A DNA stretch of 64,000 bases from Marsupella aquatica (taxonomy: Eukaryota > Plantae > Marchantiophyta), in contig OZ316893.1 of NCBI GenBank assembly GCA_973895155.1, forward strand, positions 10,359,660-10,423,659. The letters are read 5' to 3'. Below are positions 47,611-61,300 of the stretch, in pieces; positions within the stretch are counted from its first letter, which is position 1; each line of letters opens with the position of its first letter. Under the pieces are notes generated by a model that saw nothing but the letters and a program-made list of their open reading frames with translations, ran no database searches and was not told where the DNA came from. Position numbers and translations under genes: made by a program.

Positions 47611-50600
47611 TGTTTAGACCCCCGTTTACACCATTTTCTGCAAGGTACAAACAAAAGAGTCTCTCGTCCCAAACAACGGGTGGGGCCAAAGGGATAGTGG
47701 AGGGAAACCACACGGGAGGAGACTGACAAGGGCCAATTGAGGGAAATGAGACATGTTAACGGAACAATTCAAACTTAATCCCGGTCAAACCCTAAACATG
47801 AGTCCCCCAAAACCAGACCCACTTAAATCATTCTCAAATTCTTGCCATGTTAAACATGACTTAGGAAAATATATTGGGAATGTTATGTGTGCCATGTGTA
47901 CCAATGATATAGTGCCACGTGTAATTTACATAGTCCGATTCAAGGACCCCCTAACTTCCTTGTATGCCTTCCATCTACATAGTCAAAAATATTAATATCC
48001 CTATTGTTCTTACAAGTTGTCCAACATATAAAGTCGACCCTATTGTTCTTACACAAATCTTCTTAAGTCTTCCGAGAAACCCAATTAACGGACCCTATAC
48101 TTAGTCGCACGTGATATGAGATTTTCGCGAAGTGAGACCCCCCTGCAGTAGCCAAGACATGGATGATCCCATGGATCTTGCATTTACAGAGGCATGCACT
48201 CCATTGTACGAGGGATCAACAACTTCACAATTAGCTTTTGTGTTGTCTTTTTTGAACATTTGCCACAACAATGGCTTTTCCAATTCGGGAGTGGACAAAC
48301 TCTTGAGTGCGATGGGGGAACATCTTTTACCACCTAACAATTTGCTACCTCAGAACATCTACGCATGTAAGAAGCTGATCAAAAAGGTTGGATTGGATTA
48401 CATTAAGATTCATGCTTGTAAGAATGGTTGTATCCTGTTTAGAGGAGATCAATATAAAGATTTACAATAGTGTTTAGAGTGTAAGGAGCCCAGGTATAAG
48501 CAAGTGGGAAAGTCCAAGCAAGCTGTGAAAGTCCTGCAACACTTTCCTCTTATTCCATGTCTTCAACGGATGTATAAATGCCAACCAAGCTATTTCAAAG
48601 TTGATGACATGGCACAAGGAGAACGGCAGTACTGATGGCATGGTCAGACACGTTGCAGATTCAAAGGCATGGAAGTGGGTGGATAATGAGATTGACAAGG
48701 ACTTTGCTGCAGAACCACGCAACATCCGCCTTGGTTTAGCACTTGATGGTGTCAATCCATTTGGAAACAACAACCTGAAGCATTCCACATGGCCATTAGT
48801 CTTGTTGAACTACAATCTTCCCCTTGGCTATCTACAAAGAAGTTCTTTGTAATGCTGTCATTGTTAATTCTAGGGCCTGAGTCCGTGACAGACATAAATA
48901 TAGATGTATACATGGCTCCTCTACTTGAAGAGCTGTTGGAGTTGTGGAAAGGAGTGAACTGCTTTGATGTGGTAGACCGGCCAGGCAAAGATAAAGTCTT
49001 TACTTTACGAGCTGTGCTTTTATGGACTGTCAATGACTATCCAGCATATGGGCTAATCTCTAGACAGGTGACCAAAGGATATAGAGGGTGTGTTGTATGT
49101 GGTCCTGATGTGGAGGTCCGAAGGTCAAATGCTCTGAGCAAACAGGTTTTCCTAGGTCATCGACGATACTTAAGATTGGATCATACGTACAGGAACATAA
49201 ATTATGCAAAGTATTTCAATAGGAGATGTGAAGTACGCCCGGCACCACAACCAATGACATGCACAGAGAGGATGAAGTATGCAACTGACGTAGAAACTTA
49301 CTTGAAGAAACAAGGGGCTAAATTTGGAAGCAAGAATTGTCCTTCAAAAGTGCATGGAGTGAAGCGAAAGCCAACTCTGACTCAACTACCATACTGGGAG
49401 GTACAATTCTTGGAAGGGTCCATGATGTTTTGATTAATTGATAGCAATTGAAACAATCATGCCACTAAATTGCTTTTCAGTCCTGGCGTTCAGACATACT
49501 TCTAAGGGTGCTAATGTTTGATTTTCTGCAATGCAGAAGCTACTCATCAACCACACCATTGATCCAATGCACACTGAGAAGAATATTTCTGCAAATATAG
49601 TGCACACAATCAGCGGCAGAAAATATACTACAATTGTTCGGCAGGATATGTGTGCTGAAGGCCTTCACAAGAAGCTATGGCTTACTCCACACCCAAAGAA
49701 GGCAGATGCAATGTTAAAGCCCAATTAAAGCTCCTTATGTTTTGAGCCCTGGTGAGTTGATGTCATTCCATGACACGTTGAGGACATTGAAGGTTCCAAC
49801 CGATTTTGGCAGTTCCTTTGCCAAGTGTGTGAGTGCCAATAATAAGTTGGTTGGGTTAAAATCACATGATTACCATCAATTGATGCAGCAGATTCTCCCT
49901 TTAGCCTTAAGAAACCTTCTGGCCACGGGTCCTCGACTAGCTATCCAATGGGTATGCCGGCTATGGCGCAAGATTTGTTCAAAGGGTTGGGACCCATCTC
50001 AATTTGAATCATTGAAGCAGGATGTTGCATTCACTCGATGTGCTTTGGAAATGCACATTCCACCCTCGTTCTTTGATGTAATGACCCATTTAATGGTTCA
50101 TATTGTTGAAGAGCTTGACATTTGCGGCCCTGTAGCTCAAAGGTGGATGTATCCGGTTGAGAGATATCTTAAAGTGTTGAAGGGCTACGTTCGGAACAAG
50201 GCTTGTCCTGAAGCATCCATGGCAGAAGGTTACGCTTTCACTACTACACTATTGGCCCCTTTTGCGAACCCATACACATCGCAATCAACAAAGGCCCGAT
50301 AAACAGAATTCCGGCACTTGCGAACTAACATGCATCGCTACACCATCCCAAATTGCGAAGTTAAAACCTTCGCACGTGGACCATCGCAACGCCATCGCAA
50401 CACCATCACAATTTCCTAACCAAATTCCCTCGCAACTTGTCGAACACTTCCGAGTTCAAAATCGTTGCAAACGCTTCGCATTATGCCGCACGGTCCTTTG
50501 TTACCGATGTTGGTTTTTGTGAAGCTGGAAGGTTCGCTACGTGTTTGTGATGGGAATGAGTTTGATATTTGCGATGTCGTGGGGTTGGCAACTAGCGAGC

Positions 50601-51075
50601 CTTATAAGATCACTCTTATGCGAAATAAATTTGATGGGGACTTCTGATCTAAATTGGATCGGAACTTGTGAGTTGGTTTAGGCCAGAAGTTGGGAACCAT
50701 TTGACTTTGCAACTTGTGATGTTACTTGGTTCTATAATAGCGATCCGAGTCATTTTAGTATTTCCTAGTTATCCAAGTTTGCAATGGGTTCGCACTTTCA
50801 TGGGAACACGACTTTCAATCAATGTTTTGCAAGGGATTTCTCTTGGCAGTGGACCCAATGTGGAAGGCAAATGTTTTTTATAAGATCCATGCAAGTATAT
50901 AGGTGGATATACCAAAATGTTAGGGCTTGAATTAAGGAACCCAATACACAAGAGGGGTGGCATATCTGATGCCGGCCAAGTCACCCTACTCAACATATGC
51001 TATCCTAGCTAAGCTCCAACACGGCTAGTCATGACATGTATCTCATGAGCCCGATCATGAGATTCTACAAGCTAA

Positions 51076-53131
51076 CTAAAATGGACTCTTCCGACCCCGC
51101 TTTGTCAGCTTCTTTGCCGGCTTCTTGCCCTTATCCTTCTATGGATGTACAGCCTGGTGCTGACGGGTGCGCGGTGCCTTTCGGCGCTGCTGCTCCTCCT
51201 GCTCCTCCTCCTCCTCCTCCTGCCCATCCTCCTCCTCGTCACCTCCCTCCTGCTCCCCCTCATCATCAACCTGTCTTGATGATGCACGACTACTACCACT
51301 ACCGCGATGGGATGAACCTACCTCCCGGCTACTGCCCCTCTCCCTAGAATCGCTGGTAAGAGGAGTAGCCCCCTCATCCTCATCATCACTACTACTTGCG
51401 TCAGCACCCAACCCCTCAGGCTCATCCGAATCCTGCATCCGTACACTTAATCAGTTTCTACAAATTAAAAAGGGTCATCCACAATGTTGGCATCACAATT
51501 AATTAAACCTTGAACACCTAGATACTTACAGTAGCCAACTCGGCATCCACCATCTGAAAGAGGTACTTTCTCCCATGCTCCATCCCTATCTCAATATGTT
51601 TCTTGGATATCTTCCTCTTATATTTCCGGTACTGCCATGCACCATAAAACCAAAAAGTAAACCCATAGGCTAAACCAAAATTCACAATGCGAGAGGCCTT
51701 AGGCCTAGAAAAGTTAAACTACTTTGAAAACAACTCAAATTCACATTTGCAAAGCTAATGCGTTCACAAAATATGAAGCCCTAATTTTTGCGAAGGCATT
51801 GCGATGGCTTTTGCGATGCGCGTACCTTCGCAATAGCATCAGAAAATCCAAAAAGAAAAAAGTGCATAATAGAGTTTGCGAGGCTCTTGCGAACGAATAC
51901 GCATCGCAATGGGATTGCAAACTGTGATCCCGAGAGGTTTTTAAAAATGCGCAAATTTCTAAGTGTCAGTCGTGACCTAAAACAATGCACAAGCAAGCAC
52001 ATGAGAGCATGGACATTCATGACATTCCATTCACTTGCATTACCTCAACTGAGAAAGTAAGGAGGAAAGAGCTTAGGGAGGAGAGGAGACACTCACAAAG
52101 TGGGCCTTGAGACCGGGGAGCCCGCCTTGACCCAGCTTGTGGACTGGATTGGGGGTGGCTTTCACTCGCTTGGCTGCATCCATGAAACATTTGGGTGGTC
52201 TTCCTTCTTTGTCGACCACCTTTTGCACATCAGCTACCTTCTGCTCGAGTCCCTTCGGGTCATGGTCAAGGGGGAGCTTCACGGTCTCCTTTGCTTTCAG
52301 GGATCGAGCTAGTGTATCCTTCCATTGTTCCAACTCGCGAGCTGCTTTGATTTGCACCTCAATCTTGTAAAATGCATTCCAGATGTCCTCAGTGAATTGG
52401 AGGGGCCTGCGCAAATTCCTGTACGATCTCAAGTCTCTCAGGTGGGCTCTAATCTTCATCCTATCATGGTATCTCATTTGAGACATGGAATTAGAAATCT
52501 TGTCTGCCAGCCATTGCTCATCTATGTCAGCTCCATTACGAAATCCATCCTTGATCTGATTCATCACTCTCTTTCGCTCTGCCTTCTCAACCTTTCCCCA
52601 TTGCATGCCTCGTGAGAAATTGCTTGTGATGATTTGTTTGATGGTGCTCTTAGCCCCTGCATAGGCTAGCTCAGTTGGAGTCCCAGTTGTCTCCAAGGCA
52701 ATGAATGGAAGCTTTTTCCTTGCATCCTCTTTCTGACGTTGCTCATCTCGTTGTTTTCGAATTGCATCCCTCTCCTCTCTTCTCTTCTGTTTTTCTATGG
52801 CTTGAGGAGAGGCAACTCCCGACTTAGCCCTCTCCTCCCTCTTCCTTCTTTTCTCTCTAGCCTTCTCCTCAGCTGTGACCCTCTCTTCCTCGTCTCTAGT
52901 AGCTTGCCCTGCCACAATTCCTGTTTGCAAAACCTAGCCTAAAATGGCACTCAAGGAGGCAAGCCCTGCTGGAGTATTCAAATTTACTTCACCCAACTGT
53001 GCAGCACTGAGATGTTGGGCTACTAAGTCGCTCCATGCATTCTGTTGCTTCTCCTGATTTGCCCCATTGCCACTACCACCAGCACCATGTCCTCCACTCC
53101 CACCGTGCTCTCCACTCCCACCGGTAGCCAT
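51076..53131 (-). pseudogene. CACTA-C accessory (TnpA-position) gene; in-frame TAG stops at 52936-52934 and 51141-51139
   Basis: Exons 53131-52097, 51631-51530 (102 nt, the same length as in CACTA-B) and 51432-51076. HKLGQGGLPGLKAHF is homologous to HRMGQGGSQRLKADF. Confidence 0.72.
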
Positions 53132-53898
53132 AGCTCAATCCCTCTCAGGTCTCTCTCGATCTTCTCCCCGCGGCCCCTTCTCCTCTCGCTCTCCCGATCA
53201 AACAAGGAATGAGCTTGATGCGAGCTCCCGCCGACACTTACGCATTTCAAAAAAACCTCTTTGCGATCACATTCGCATCACAAACTGCCACCCTATTACC
53301 TTCGCAAACAGTCTTGCAACTTGCGATACTTTTGTGAAGAATATACCCTCGCTAATCCATCGCAACCCGTAGAAATGCCCAAAAATTGTTCTCGGCCTCT
53401 GTATTTGCGAAGATGTTGCAAACCCGGGAGGTTCGCAAAATGCATCTCTAATTTGTGAAGCAATTTGCGAGGCAGGTGATCTCGGTTTAGGGTGGGAAAC
53501 TATCCCAGGTGTTTAAACGGCTTTACAAGGGTATGGCCTATTTAAACCCTTTTAACTCAACATGGATTTGTGAATGGCCAATTAGTTTGAAGAAGAGGAT
53601 TTTAGGTTGTAGTTGGGCTTTGTGTTTTTGTTTTTGAATCTTAATTGGGTTCTAATTTAACAAAGGGTTTGAGTTTTAATTTGGGGTTTGGATTTAGAAA
53701 GGGTTTAGTTTAGGGAGGGTTGTGTTTCAATTGAAGGGGTTAATTTGGGTTTAGGTTTTAATGTAAGGGTTGGGTTTGACTTTTCACTGATTTCATATTT
53801 TTTGCTCTATACATATTTCAGTTTAGGGACATGGTTTTAATAGAGGGCTTTAAGTTAGGGTCTAAGGTAGAGGTTTGGGTAAGGTTGTAATTGAGAAG

Positions 53899-54256
53899 TT
53901 TGGGTTAGGGTTTAGGGTAGGGGCTTGATTTTGGTTTAAGTTTAGGGGTTTGGGTTAGGTTTAGGGTAGGGGCTTGATTTTGGTTTAAGTTTAGGGGTTT
54001 GGGTTAGGTTTAGGGTAGGGGCTTGATTTTGGTTTAAGTTTAGGGGTTTGGGTTAGGTTTAGGGTAGGGGCTTGATTTTGGTTTAAGTTTAGGGGTTTGG
54101 GTTTTTTTTAGGGTAGGGGCTTGATTTTGGTTTAAGTTTAGGGGTTTGGGTTAGGTTTAGGGTAGGGGCTTGATTTTGGTTTAAGTTTAGGGGTTTGGGT
54201 TAGGTTTAGGGTAGGGGCTTGATTTTGGTTTAAGTTTAGGGGTTTGGGTTAGGTTT
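53899..54256. repeat. 49-bp tandem array (~7 copies) containing TTTAGGG, within a ~1.1-kb G/T-rich telomere-like tract
   Basis: GGGCTTGATT recurs at 53921, 53970, 54019, 54068, 54117, 54166 and 54215. Confidence 0.93.
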
Positions 54257-55150
54257 TAAGTATAGGGGTTGGGTTCCATTTTAATTCTAAGTTGTGTTTC
54301 ATTTTTAATTGTGGGGTTTGGGTTAGGATTTTTGGGTAAGGGTTTGATACGTAATGAGGGAATATGGATAGGTAACTTAGGATGGAGTTTGAGTTAGGGT
54401 TTAAGGTAGGGGTTTGAGTAAGGTTTTAGCTGAGGGGTTTGGGTTAGGTATTGAATATAGGGGATCGATGGGTTCAATTATAATTCAAGCTTGTGTTTAA
54501 TTTTTAATTTAGGGATTTGGGTTAGGGTTTAGGGTAAAGGCTTCATAGGTAATGAGGGAGTTTGGGTTATGGTTTCAGATGGGGTTTGAGTTAGGTTTTA
54601 GCTGAGGGATTTGGGTTAGGGTTTGAATGTAGCAGTTGGGTTTTTAGCGTAGGGGTTTTGGTTAGCTAGGGCTTTGGGTAAGGGTTTTATATGTTCATGT
54701 TTAGGGTAGGTTTTTTTTCTAATTGAGGGTATGCTTTCTTTATTTCATTAACATGAAGGGGTAGAACACTCTAGGAGTTATAGGGCACTTCCCCATCGTT
54801 TTGAGAGTTTTGGCTAATGCATATGCATTGCGAGAGCTCGGGCATCTGAAAGGTAAAGCTTGTTTTCCTGGCATTTTTTATTTGTACTGTAACTTGAGGG
54901 TCTATCATCCCTTTCTATAGTTTACCATAAGTCATTGCTTAATTCATTGTATATTTGCAGATTTCTCCCTCCTACTTCCAGATTGGGTTCATCAAGTTTG
55001 GACCAAAAGACCTATAGGCATTGCTGAGCCCGGGTCTCATAAAGGTATTTTTTCCTTTCATTTCAGTTTAATATGTCTACTTAGGGATTACAAATGATCG
55101 TTTTAGCTATTTGTTTACTAACTCGCTATTCCAAATCTTCCACTTGCCAG

Positions 55151-56307
55151 ATGTCTTCATCCTCTACAACTTCCCCCACATCAGACTCCTCCTCTGATGA
55201 GGACATAGATCCTCCTCCTCAGCCTGAAACAGCCGCTCGTCGACCTAGTGGTCCACCACGCCAACTTTGCAGTTGTAAAAAATGTGTGGGGATGGTTGTC
55301 CAGAAGTCATATGTATGTGCAGACCATATTTCTCGATATGGACAACATCGAGGTCTTACACCCGGAGCCTCTTCATCCCATACGGTGAGTTGTAAACTTA
55401 CTATGGTTTATTTTTTATTCAATAAATATTGCTAGCATGATAAGTTGGGGAAGTTTACAATCACTTTGTTGGATTTGTTCCCTATAGGTATCTAATAGGC
55501 CTACACCCATGGCACCAGCACCCTATGTTCCCTCACAAGGAGTTCTAGATGCTATAGGCTCGGCCCTTTCACAAGCTTTCCGTTTAGTTGCAGCAGAGGG
55601 AAGTGGTGTTGGGACAGTTCAGGGTGATGGTATTGTTACACGAGGGAAAAAACGGTCTAAAAGGCAACCCAGAGGGGAAGTTGATCAGTACACCTGTAGG
55701 GTTGATGGTAGGTGGGGACCTTGTACATTCACAGGGAAATGTGAACATTCCTATCATAAAGGATTGGAATCCTGATTGCCTTGGTTTGCCATGTGATATA
55801 ACCTATGGTGAGGAAATAGAGGTTTGGGGAAGACATTGGATTGTCAAAAGTTCTACACTAGGGGAGAGACATGGGTATGGAATTTTTTCTTGCCAGGACA
55901 TCATTGTGGATGATATGGGTGGAAAAGGGCGCTCTCAAGATGGACCAACGTTGTTCCCCTATGGTGGACCCATTTACAAGCGAAGACATTGGAACATGCT
56001 CCTTGTACAACACCCTGAGTGGAAGACTTATGCATTGGACATGGATACTTTTGATGGTTGCACTAGGAAGTATAGTGAACAACGTATAATTGATGGTGAT
56101 CCCATCCGTAGTGGAAATATAGCCGGTTTCATTAACAGTACTGTGGGGACCCGGCCTAAGCGTAGGAAAAACTATGAATGGGTTTTTGTTGATGGTCCCC
56201 CTCCAGCACCATATGGGCAGAGATATCATCATGACCATTGTCTAGTTGTAGCTACTAGGACCATCAAGGCCGGAGAGGAGTTGTTTACACATTATGAGTG
56301 GGATTAG
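55151..56307 (+). pseudogene. CACTA-C zinc-finger + SET-domain protein (short isoform); frameshift near 55740, SET domain itself uninterrupted
   Basis: Exon 55151-55384 (CSCKKC...H..YG.H) joins exon 55488-56307. SET motifs: GYGIFS, YGG, NIAGFINS, VATRTIKAGEELFTHY. Confidence 0.82.
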
Positions 56308-56503
56308 GCTTATTTTAGGGATATGTATTATTTATATGTTCCTTCATGCTTTGTGAACATATATTTTGTAAGTTAGGGTTTACACCCTAAACCTATGATG
56401 TTCTTTCACATTGTATGTTAATAATATGTGTCGATATTGTTTTTGTCTTATGAGGGATTTAATTTGGAGTTTGATTGTGAATGCTTTATTGTATTGTCCA
56501 TAG

Positions 56504-57704
56504 AATGTGCGACCTAGCCAAGATATGTTGCCAAGGAGGTTGAGAGCTACATATGAAGAAATGGGCATGCCACAAGACGGAGTCACATCATCAACAGATT
56601 CTTCATCCAATGACAGTGACAATGAGGGTTTGGACGAAGGGGCACCTAGGACAGATTTTGAGGTCATGCAGGACCAGGAGACAGCCATGGATGACTTCAT
56701 GACAGATTGGTTTGGTGTGGACGCCCGTGTGGACGTTGATGGTGAAGGACGTGGACCACCCAATGAAGGAGCTCCTCCACCAAATGCTGCACATGACCCC
56801 CGACCTCAACATACACCAGAAGGTCAACAACAATGGGAAGAAGCGGAGGCACATGCTAGAACACCTATTTATGGAGGTGCTCGTTTGAATAGACTCTCTG
56901 CCATCTTGGCATTGATGAATCTTCAGGCAAAACACAAGGCAAGCAATGCCCTTTTATCGGATTTGTTTGCAATTTGCCATGACCTCATGTTACCTAGTGA
57001 CAATGTATTGCCAGGAACTTGGAAGGAGGCAAAGAGAGTTCTATCATCCATTGGTATGGAATATCATATCATTCATGCTTGCGTGAATGACTGCATCCTA
57101 TATCATGAGACCAATGCCAACATAACTGAGTGTCCAATTTGTCATGAGCCTCGATATGACAACAACATGTTGACGGAAAAGGTGCCCAAGAAAGCTGTCC
57201 GTTGGTTTCCCATTATTCCTCGATTGTTGCATATGTATCGATGTTCTGACTTGGCAGAATTGATGGTATGGCATAAGACACATCGATCAGAGGCCGGTGT
57301 CATGCGGTTGTCAGTTGACTCCCCTGCTCACAAGCATGTGGAGGCACAATGGCCAGAGTTTGCACATGACCCTCGTCATGTGAGGTTGGGGTTGGCATCG
57401 GATGGGGTCAGCCCACACTCCCTTGGTGGGAAAGGATGCCCAACATCAGTTTGGCCGGTGGTTGTTATGAATTACAATCTTCCACCATGGTTGTCCATGA
57501 AAAAGGGCTTCTTATTGCTATCATTGATTATCCCAGGTCCATCTAAGGTAAAAAACATGGACACCTATTTGGCACTATTGGTTGGGGAACTCCAAAAATT
57601 ATGGGACGGTGTGTGGGCCTATGATGGTCGAAAAACTACAGGGGGATTACCACGTGTCTTCAAATTGAAGGGAATCAATATGTGGACCATGCATGACTAT
57701 CCTG
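56504..57704 (+). CDS. CACTA-C TnpD-like transposase exon (Transposase_21); remainder displaced by the next insertion
   Basis: Motifs IHACVNDC, RHVRLGLASDG, WPVVVMNYNLPPW and HDYPG end at a GTAAG donor in the same position as in CACTA-B. Confidence 0.9.
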
Positions 57705-58393
57705 GTAAGGGGTATGGATTGGTGTTTTTTTTATGTAATAGAGAGTTTGTTTTAAAAGAAGTCCCTCATATTTATGTATGTACATGAACTTTTTAAATCC
57801 TTTGACTCTAATTGAGAAAATTATTTTGGTTTGAACAAGAAGCCTTAAATGATGAGTAACAAGCCCATACTTTAGGAACTCTAGCCAAAAAATCAGAAAA
57901 ACAACGAAAAAGTCAAAAAAAGTGCAAAAATTAGCACCTATTTTAGAGCAAAAATATGGAGCGAACAAAATATGACATAAACTAGCTATGTTTTGACACC
58001 TAAAAATGACCAAATTCATCTGAAGTTACATTCCACCAATAAATGATCTCAAATACAACACTATTATCTACAATGGTCTCACAATTACACGAGGTGTCTT
58101 TTGAAACAACAACTAAATCACCTCCAAAAGCCATTGTCATTTAAAAACCAGAAAATAAATTACTACAACTTAACCTGATACACATTATTGTGAAAAGAAG
58201 ACAAGGAGAATAGAAATGACACCATCTAATTGAATTGAAACACAACCCACTAAGATAATATTAAACTACAAATTTCTCAAGAAACTTTAACCATGAATTC
58301 ATGAATAAGTGGTAAAGGCATTTTGAAAATTTGTAAATTTTCAAGTTATCCATGTTTTTCAATGGTAATGTCACAAACAATAACTACTTTTCA

Positions 58394-61300
58394 TTACTCA
58401 GATCCAGAAGTCCTCAATTCTTGAAACGAAATATCCCTAGATTTATCTTCTAGCGGGGTTCTAGTTGATCCATTCTCTTGTTCTTGCTCTTTCTCTTCTG
58501 CCAAAAATTCAGTCAATCGGATTTTGATTCGATCTACTGTCTTTTTGTACAATGTATCAGATTTTGTCAACATGAAGTTGTAAGCAAAAACAGTCGTTGA
58601 AGATAAATCAAGCTCTTGGTGAAACCATATTGGTTTCAAAGTTCCTTTCCCACGACCACTTTTCTTCTTTTCGTAGTTTAAGACTTCTGGTAAGTACTTG
58701 GCTTTCCAAGGATCTGACCCGGTTTTTGGAGCATGCCATAAAACATAAATCATTTTTGGAATGTTGAACTCGTCGCGCTGGTCAATTCTTTCCACCTTGG
58801 CCACCCAAAATGTTTCCGATTCTTCTCCAGCAACAGAAATATAAGTGTTGACTTCAAGATCCGAAAAGTCTCCTTCCATATTCTCCTTCTCTGCATCTAT
58901 CTTTCCTTGATTCCGATAAGGACCCACGTATATATCTCTGGTAGGTCCGTATACTCTCTCTTCAATTTCCTCTTCATTGACAAGGACTCTCGGAACTTCA
59001 GCAGCAACAACAATCTCCCTTTGGGAGCGTGGCCATTGAAAAGGGAAAATCAATGGTCTTTGATCAAGGAGCAAAGATTTATTCAATTCCCGTTGCTCTT
59101 CAAAAAACATTCTCCACCAGTTCACTTCCTCTTCTGAGAATAAAGTTTCAACTGCAAGTATTCCCTTTTGAATCTCATTTAACGAATCATCCATCTCCTT
59201 CAAAGTCATTCTTGAAGAACTAGACATATTTGGTTGAGTCCTTGTAACGTTCTTATCCCCCTTTTTGAAAAGGGGTAATCCGGGAGCACAACCCATCACC
59301 TTTTCTGGCTCCTCTTCCCTCAAAAATTTCACGCCTCCGTCAGGTTTCCAAGTTGAGTCCGTGGAAAACTTCTTCCCCCATTGGGTTGGAACTTGATTTT
59401 CCAACTTGTCAAATGCAAATTTGTACTGGTGGTGGAAGGTAACATTTCGAATCCTTTCAATGACTAAAGGTGGATCTGAGAAGGCATATTGACGGAAATC
59501 ATATGTTTCCTTTAAAAGAGTGATATTTGGTTGGGGTTGATATGATTCACAAATAATATCACATAGGCTTTCGTATGTGAATGCCTTAAACCTTGCTAGT
59601 CGTTTAGAAAATCGACTGAACATTTGATCTATTTGGTCGTGTGTGTGTCCAACCAACAAGAATCCTAGTTTGATTTTCCGAAAAACCTTTCTTCGAATCA
59701 ACATATGAAGATAGGCAAAGAGTAAATTATTTTTATTTTCTCTACTGGTATTATCAAGTTGAAGATAGAGAACAGGCGGCAAGCCACCAGGCTTTTCTTC
59801 CCATTCGTGAAACACCCTTTGCAGGATTGTGACTGTCAAGTTTCCATCATTATGCAATACAGTATAATTAAGAAACACTCTTGAAAATAGTGCACCATTG
59901 AAAACCATGCATCCGACAACGTGCATTTGGATCAAACATGTTTCGTCCACCGATTTTGGGGGCCGCGGCCAATGAGGCAACCTTGTCTTCTTCTGATCCA
60001 TCCCATCAATGACAACTCCCAAATATTTATCAGAATTTGAAAAACATTTCTTACGATGCTTCGCGAGTTTCTCACATTCTTTGGATTGTTGGTCTCTATG
60101 TTTTTGTAACATAATTTCCCCTCGCCCTGGAAAAACAACTTGTTAGTTTCTTCAAAAAAAATTAGAAATCATGTGTTAAGCCATATTCTTGAAACAAAAA
60201 CTTGTCAAACTTGTAAGCAACTTACTCTTTTCGGTCTCCGAACAGCTTTGTCCCGAATTGATTTGAACTCCTCGCAATCCGCGCAAGCACTGAATCGATT
60301 GACTGGAGGAATCTTCACATGACCAAATTCTTGAACCCAAACTTTCAAGAATTGTCGATAGGATATTTTTGAAGATTCATCAATCTTGGCATAGTTGGAT
60401 TCGTAGATCTTCCATACCTCCAGCTTTGAATAATTATCCGGTAAATGTGAAACTTCTTTATTTGGCAATGTTTCCACGCGTGTCTCAAAAAACGACCTAA
60501 GCCAACTGACCAAGACTAATCTTTTAACAGATGGAGGGCGTCCAACTGGTTTAGAATATCCTAAGTCTTGGTTGTCTAATTTCAAAATTCTATTTAATCT
60601 ATGATTGCCAACGCAAAATATAAGCTTGAAAGCTTTCCGACAAATACTCTTTTGACCAAACGTGTAAGATATAGTCTGCCTCCCTCCTTCATTTCCGTCT
60701 CGCTTTATAAGCCACTGCAAAGATAAAGATCGATCCTGAGATTTCTGCCTCAAAAATTTAGAACGCGCCTCACGAATTTCTTTTGGAGATAGACTTAGGA
60801 GACAATGACTCTGACAACAGTACTTACTATTTGTTTTCTTGATATCCTCCTCTTTCAACTTTGTTTCACACAAAGTGGCGTTGCTCATACGTTTGTAACG
60901 ACTAGATGCCACCGGAACATCATCATCCTCCCCACTCTCCGAAGACTCGCTTTCATTCGATGATGAAATGGTCACCAACATTTGCTTATGAACATGCCTA
61001 GATTCCAGACCTGCAGCCTTCGGAGATGGAGGCTCTTCCTTCACTCTATGCACCCTTGGAATACCTGGGCGTATTTCAGAAATCCCTCCATTACCGTGTA
61101 GGGACCCTTTCAATATTTTCCTAGGGTCCCTCTCCACCAGGTTGGTTTCCCTGTTTGAGTTTCCGTGACTTGATCCGCTCCCTGCCCCAACACCATGACT
61201 CCTAGGTAAAACTGAGGAACGCACATTAGAATTATTTTCTGGAATACTTTTCAATAACACTGGTCGTCTAGTTTCTTCCCTCATCCCCCTGTGAAATGTT

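Larger units (their letters stand above)
37856..48145 (-). mobile_element. Complete 10,290-bp DNA transposon, P-superfamily-like
   Basis: The 8-bp TSD CAGTAGCC is at 37848-37855 and 48146-48153. The 15-bp imperfect TIRs are CTCGGGGGTCTCACT and (reverse complement) CAGGGGGGTCTCACT. In-silico excision restores the host ORF. Confidence 0.85.
37365..50238 (+). pseudogene. CACTA-A transposase, split by the P-like element and truncated by CACTA-C; several stops and frameshifts
   Basis: The transposase-associated finger CPCN*C...HLVRYG is at ~37440-37520. Removing the P-like element and one TSD copy restores ESSS-QDMDDP in frame. Downstream motifs: IHACKNGC, RNIRLGLALDG, NDYPA, DPMHTEKN, KSHDYH, FFDVMTH, RWMYPVER. 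Confidence 0.88.

Noticed and set aside
37856-48145. Classification as a hAT element because of the 8-bp TSD
   Set aside because: The transposase lacks hAT hallmarks and shows P-type DxxHxxK and DxxExFF motifs.
51036-51347. Proline-rich plus-strand ORF
   Set aside because: Antisense reading of the Glu-rich GAG repeats in the CACTA-C accessory gene.
53899-54256. A true telomere or chromosome-fusion scar
   Set aside because: The units are 49-bp composites inside a CACTA promoter, not pure TTTAGGG runs.
57705-57800. Exact left terminus and TSD of the Sola-like element
   Set aside because: It cannot be fixed without the other end, which lies outside the window.
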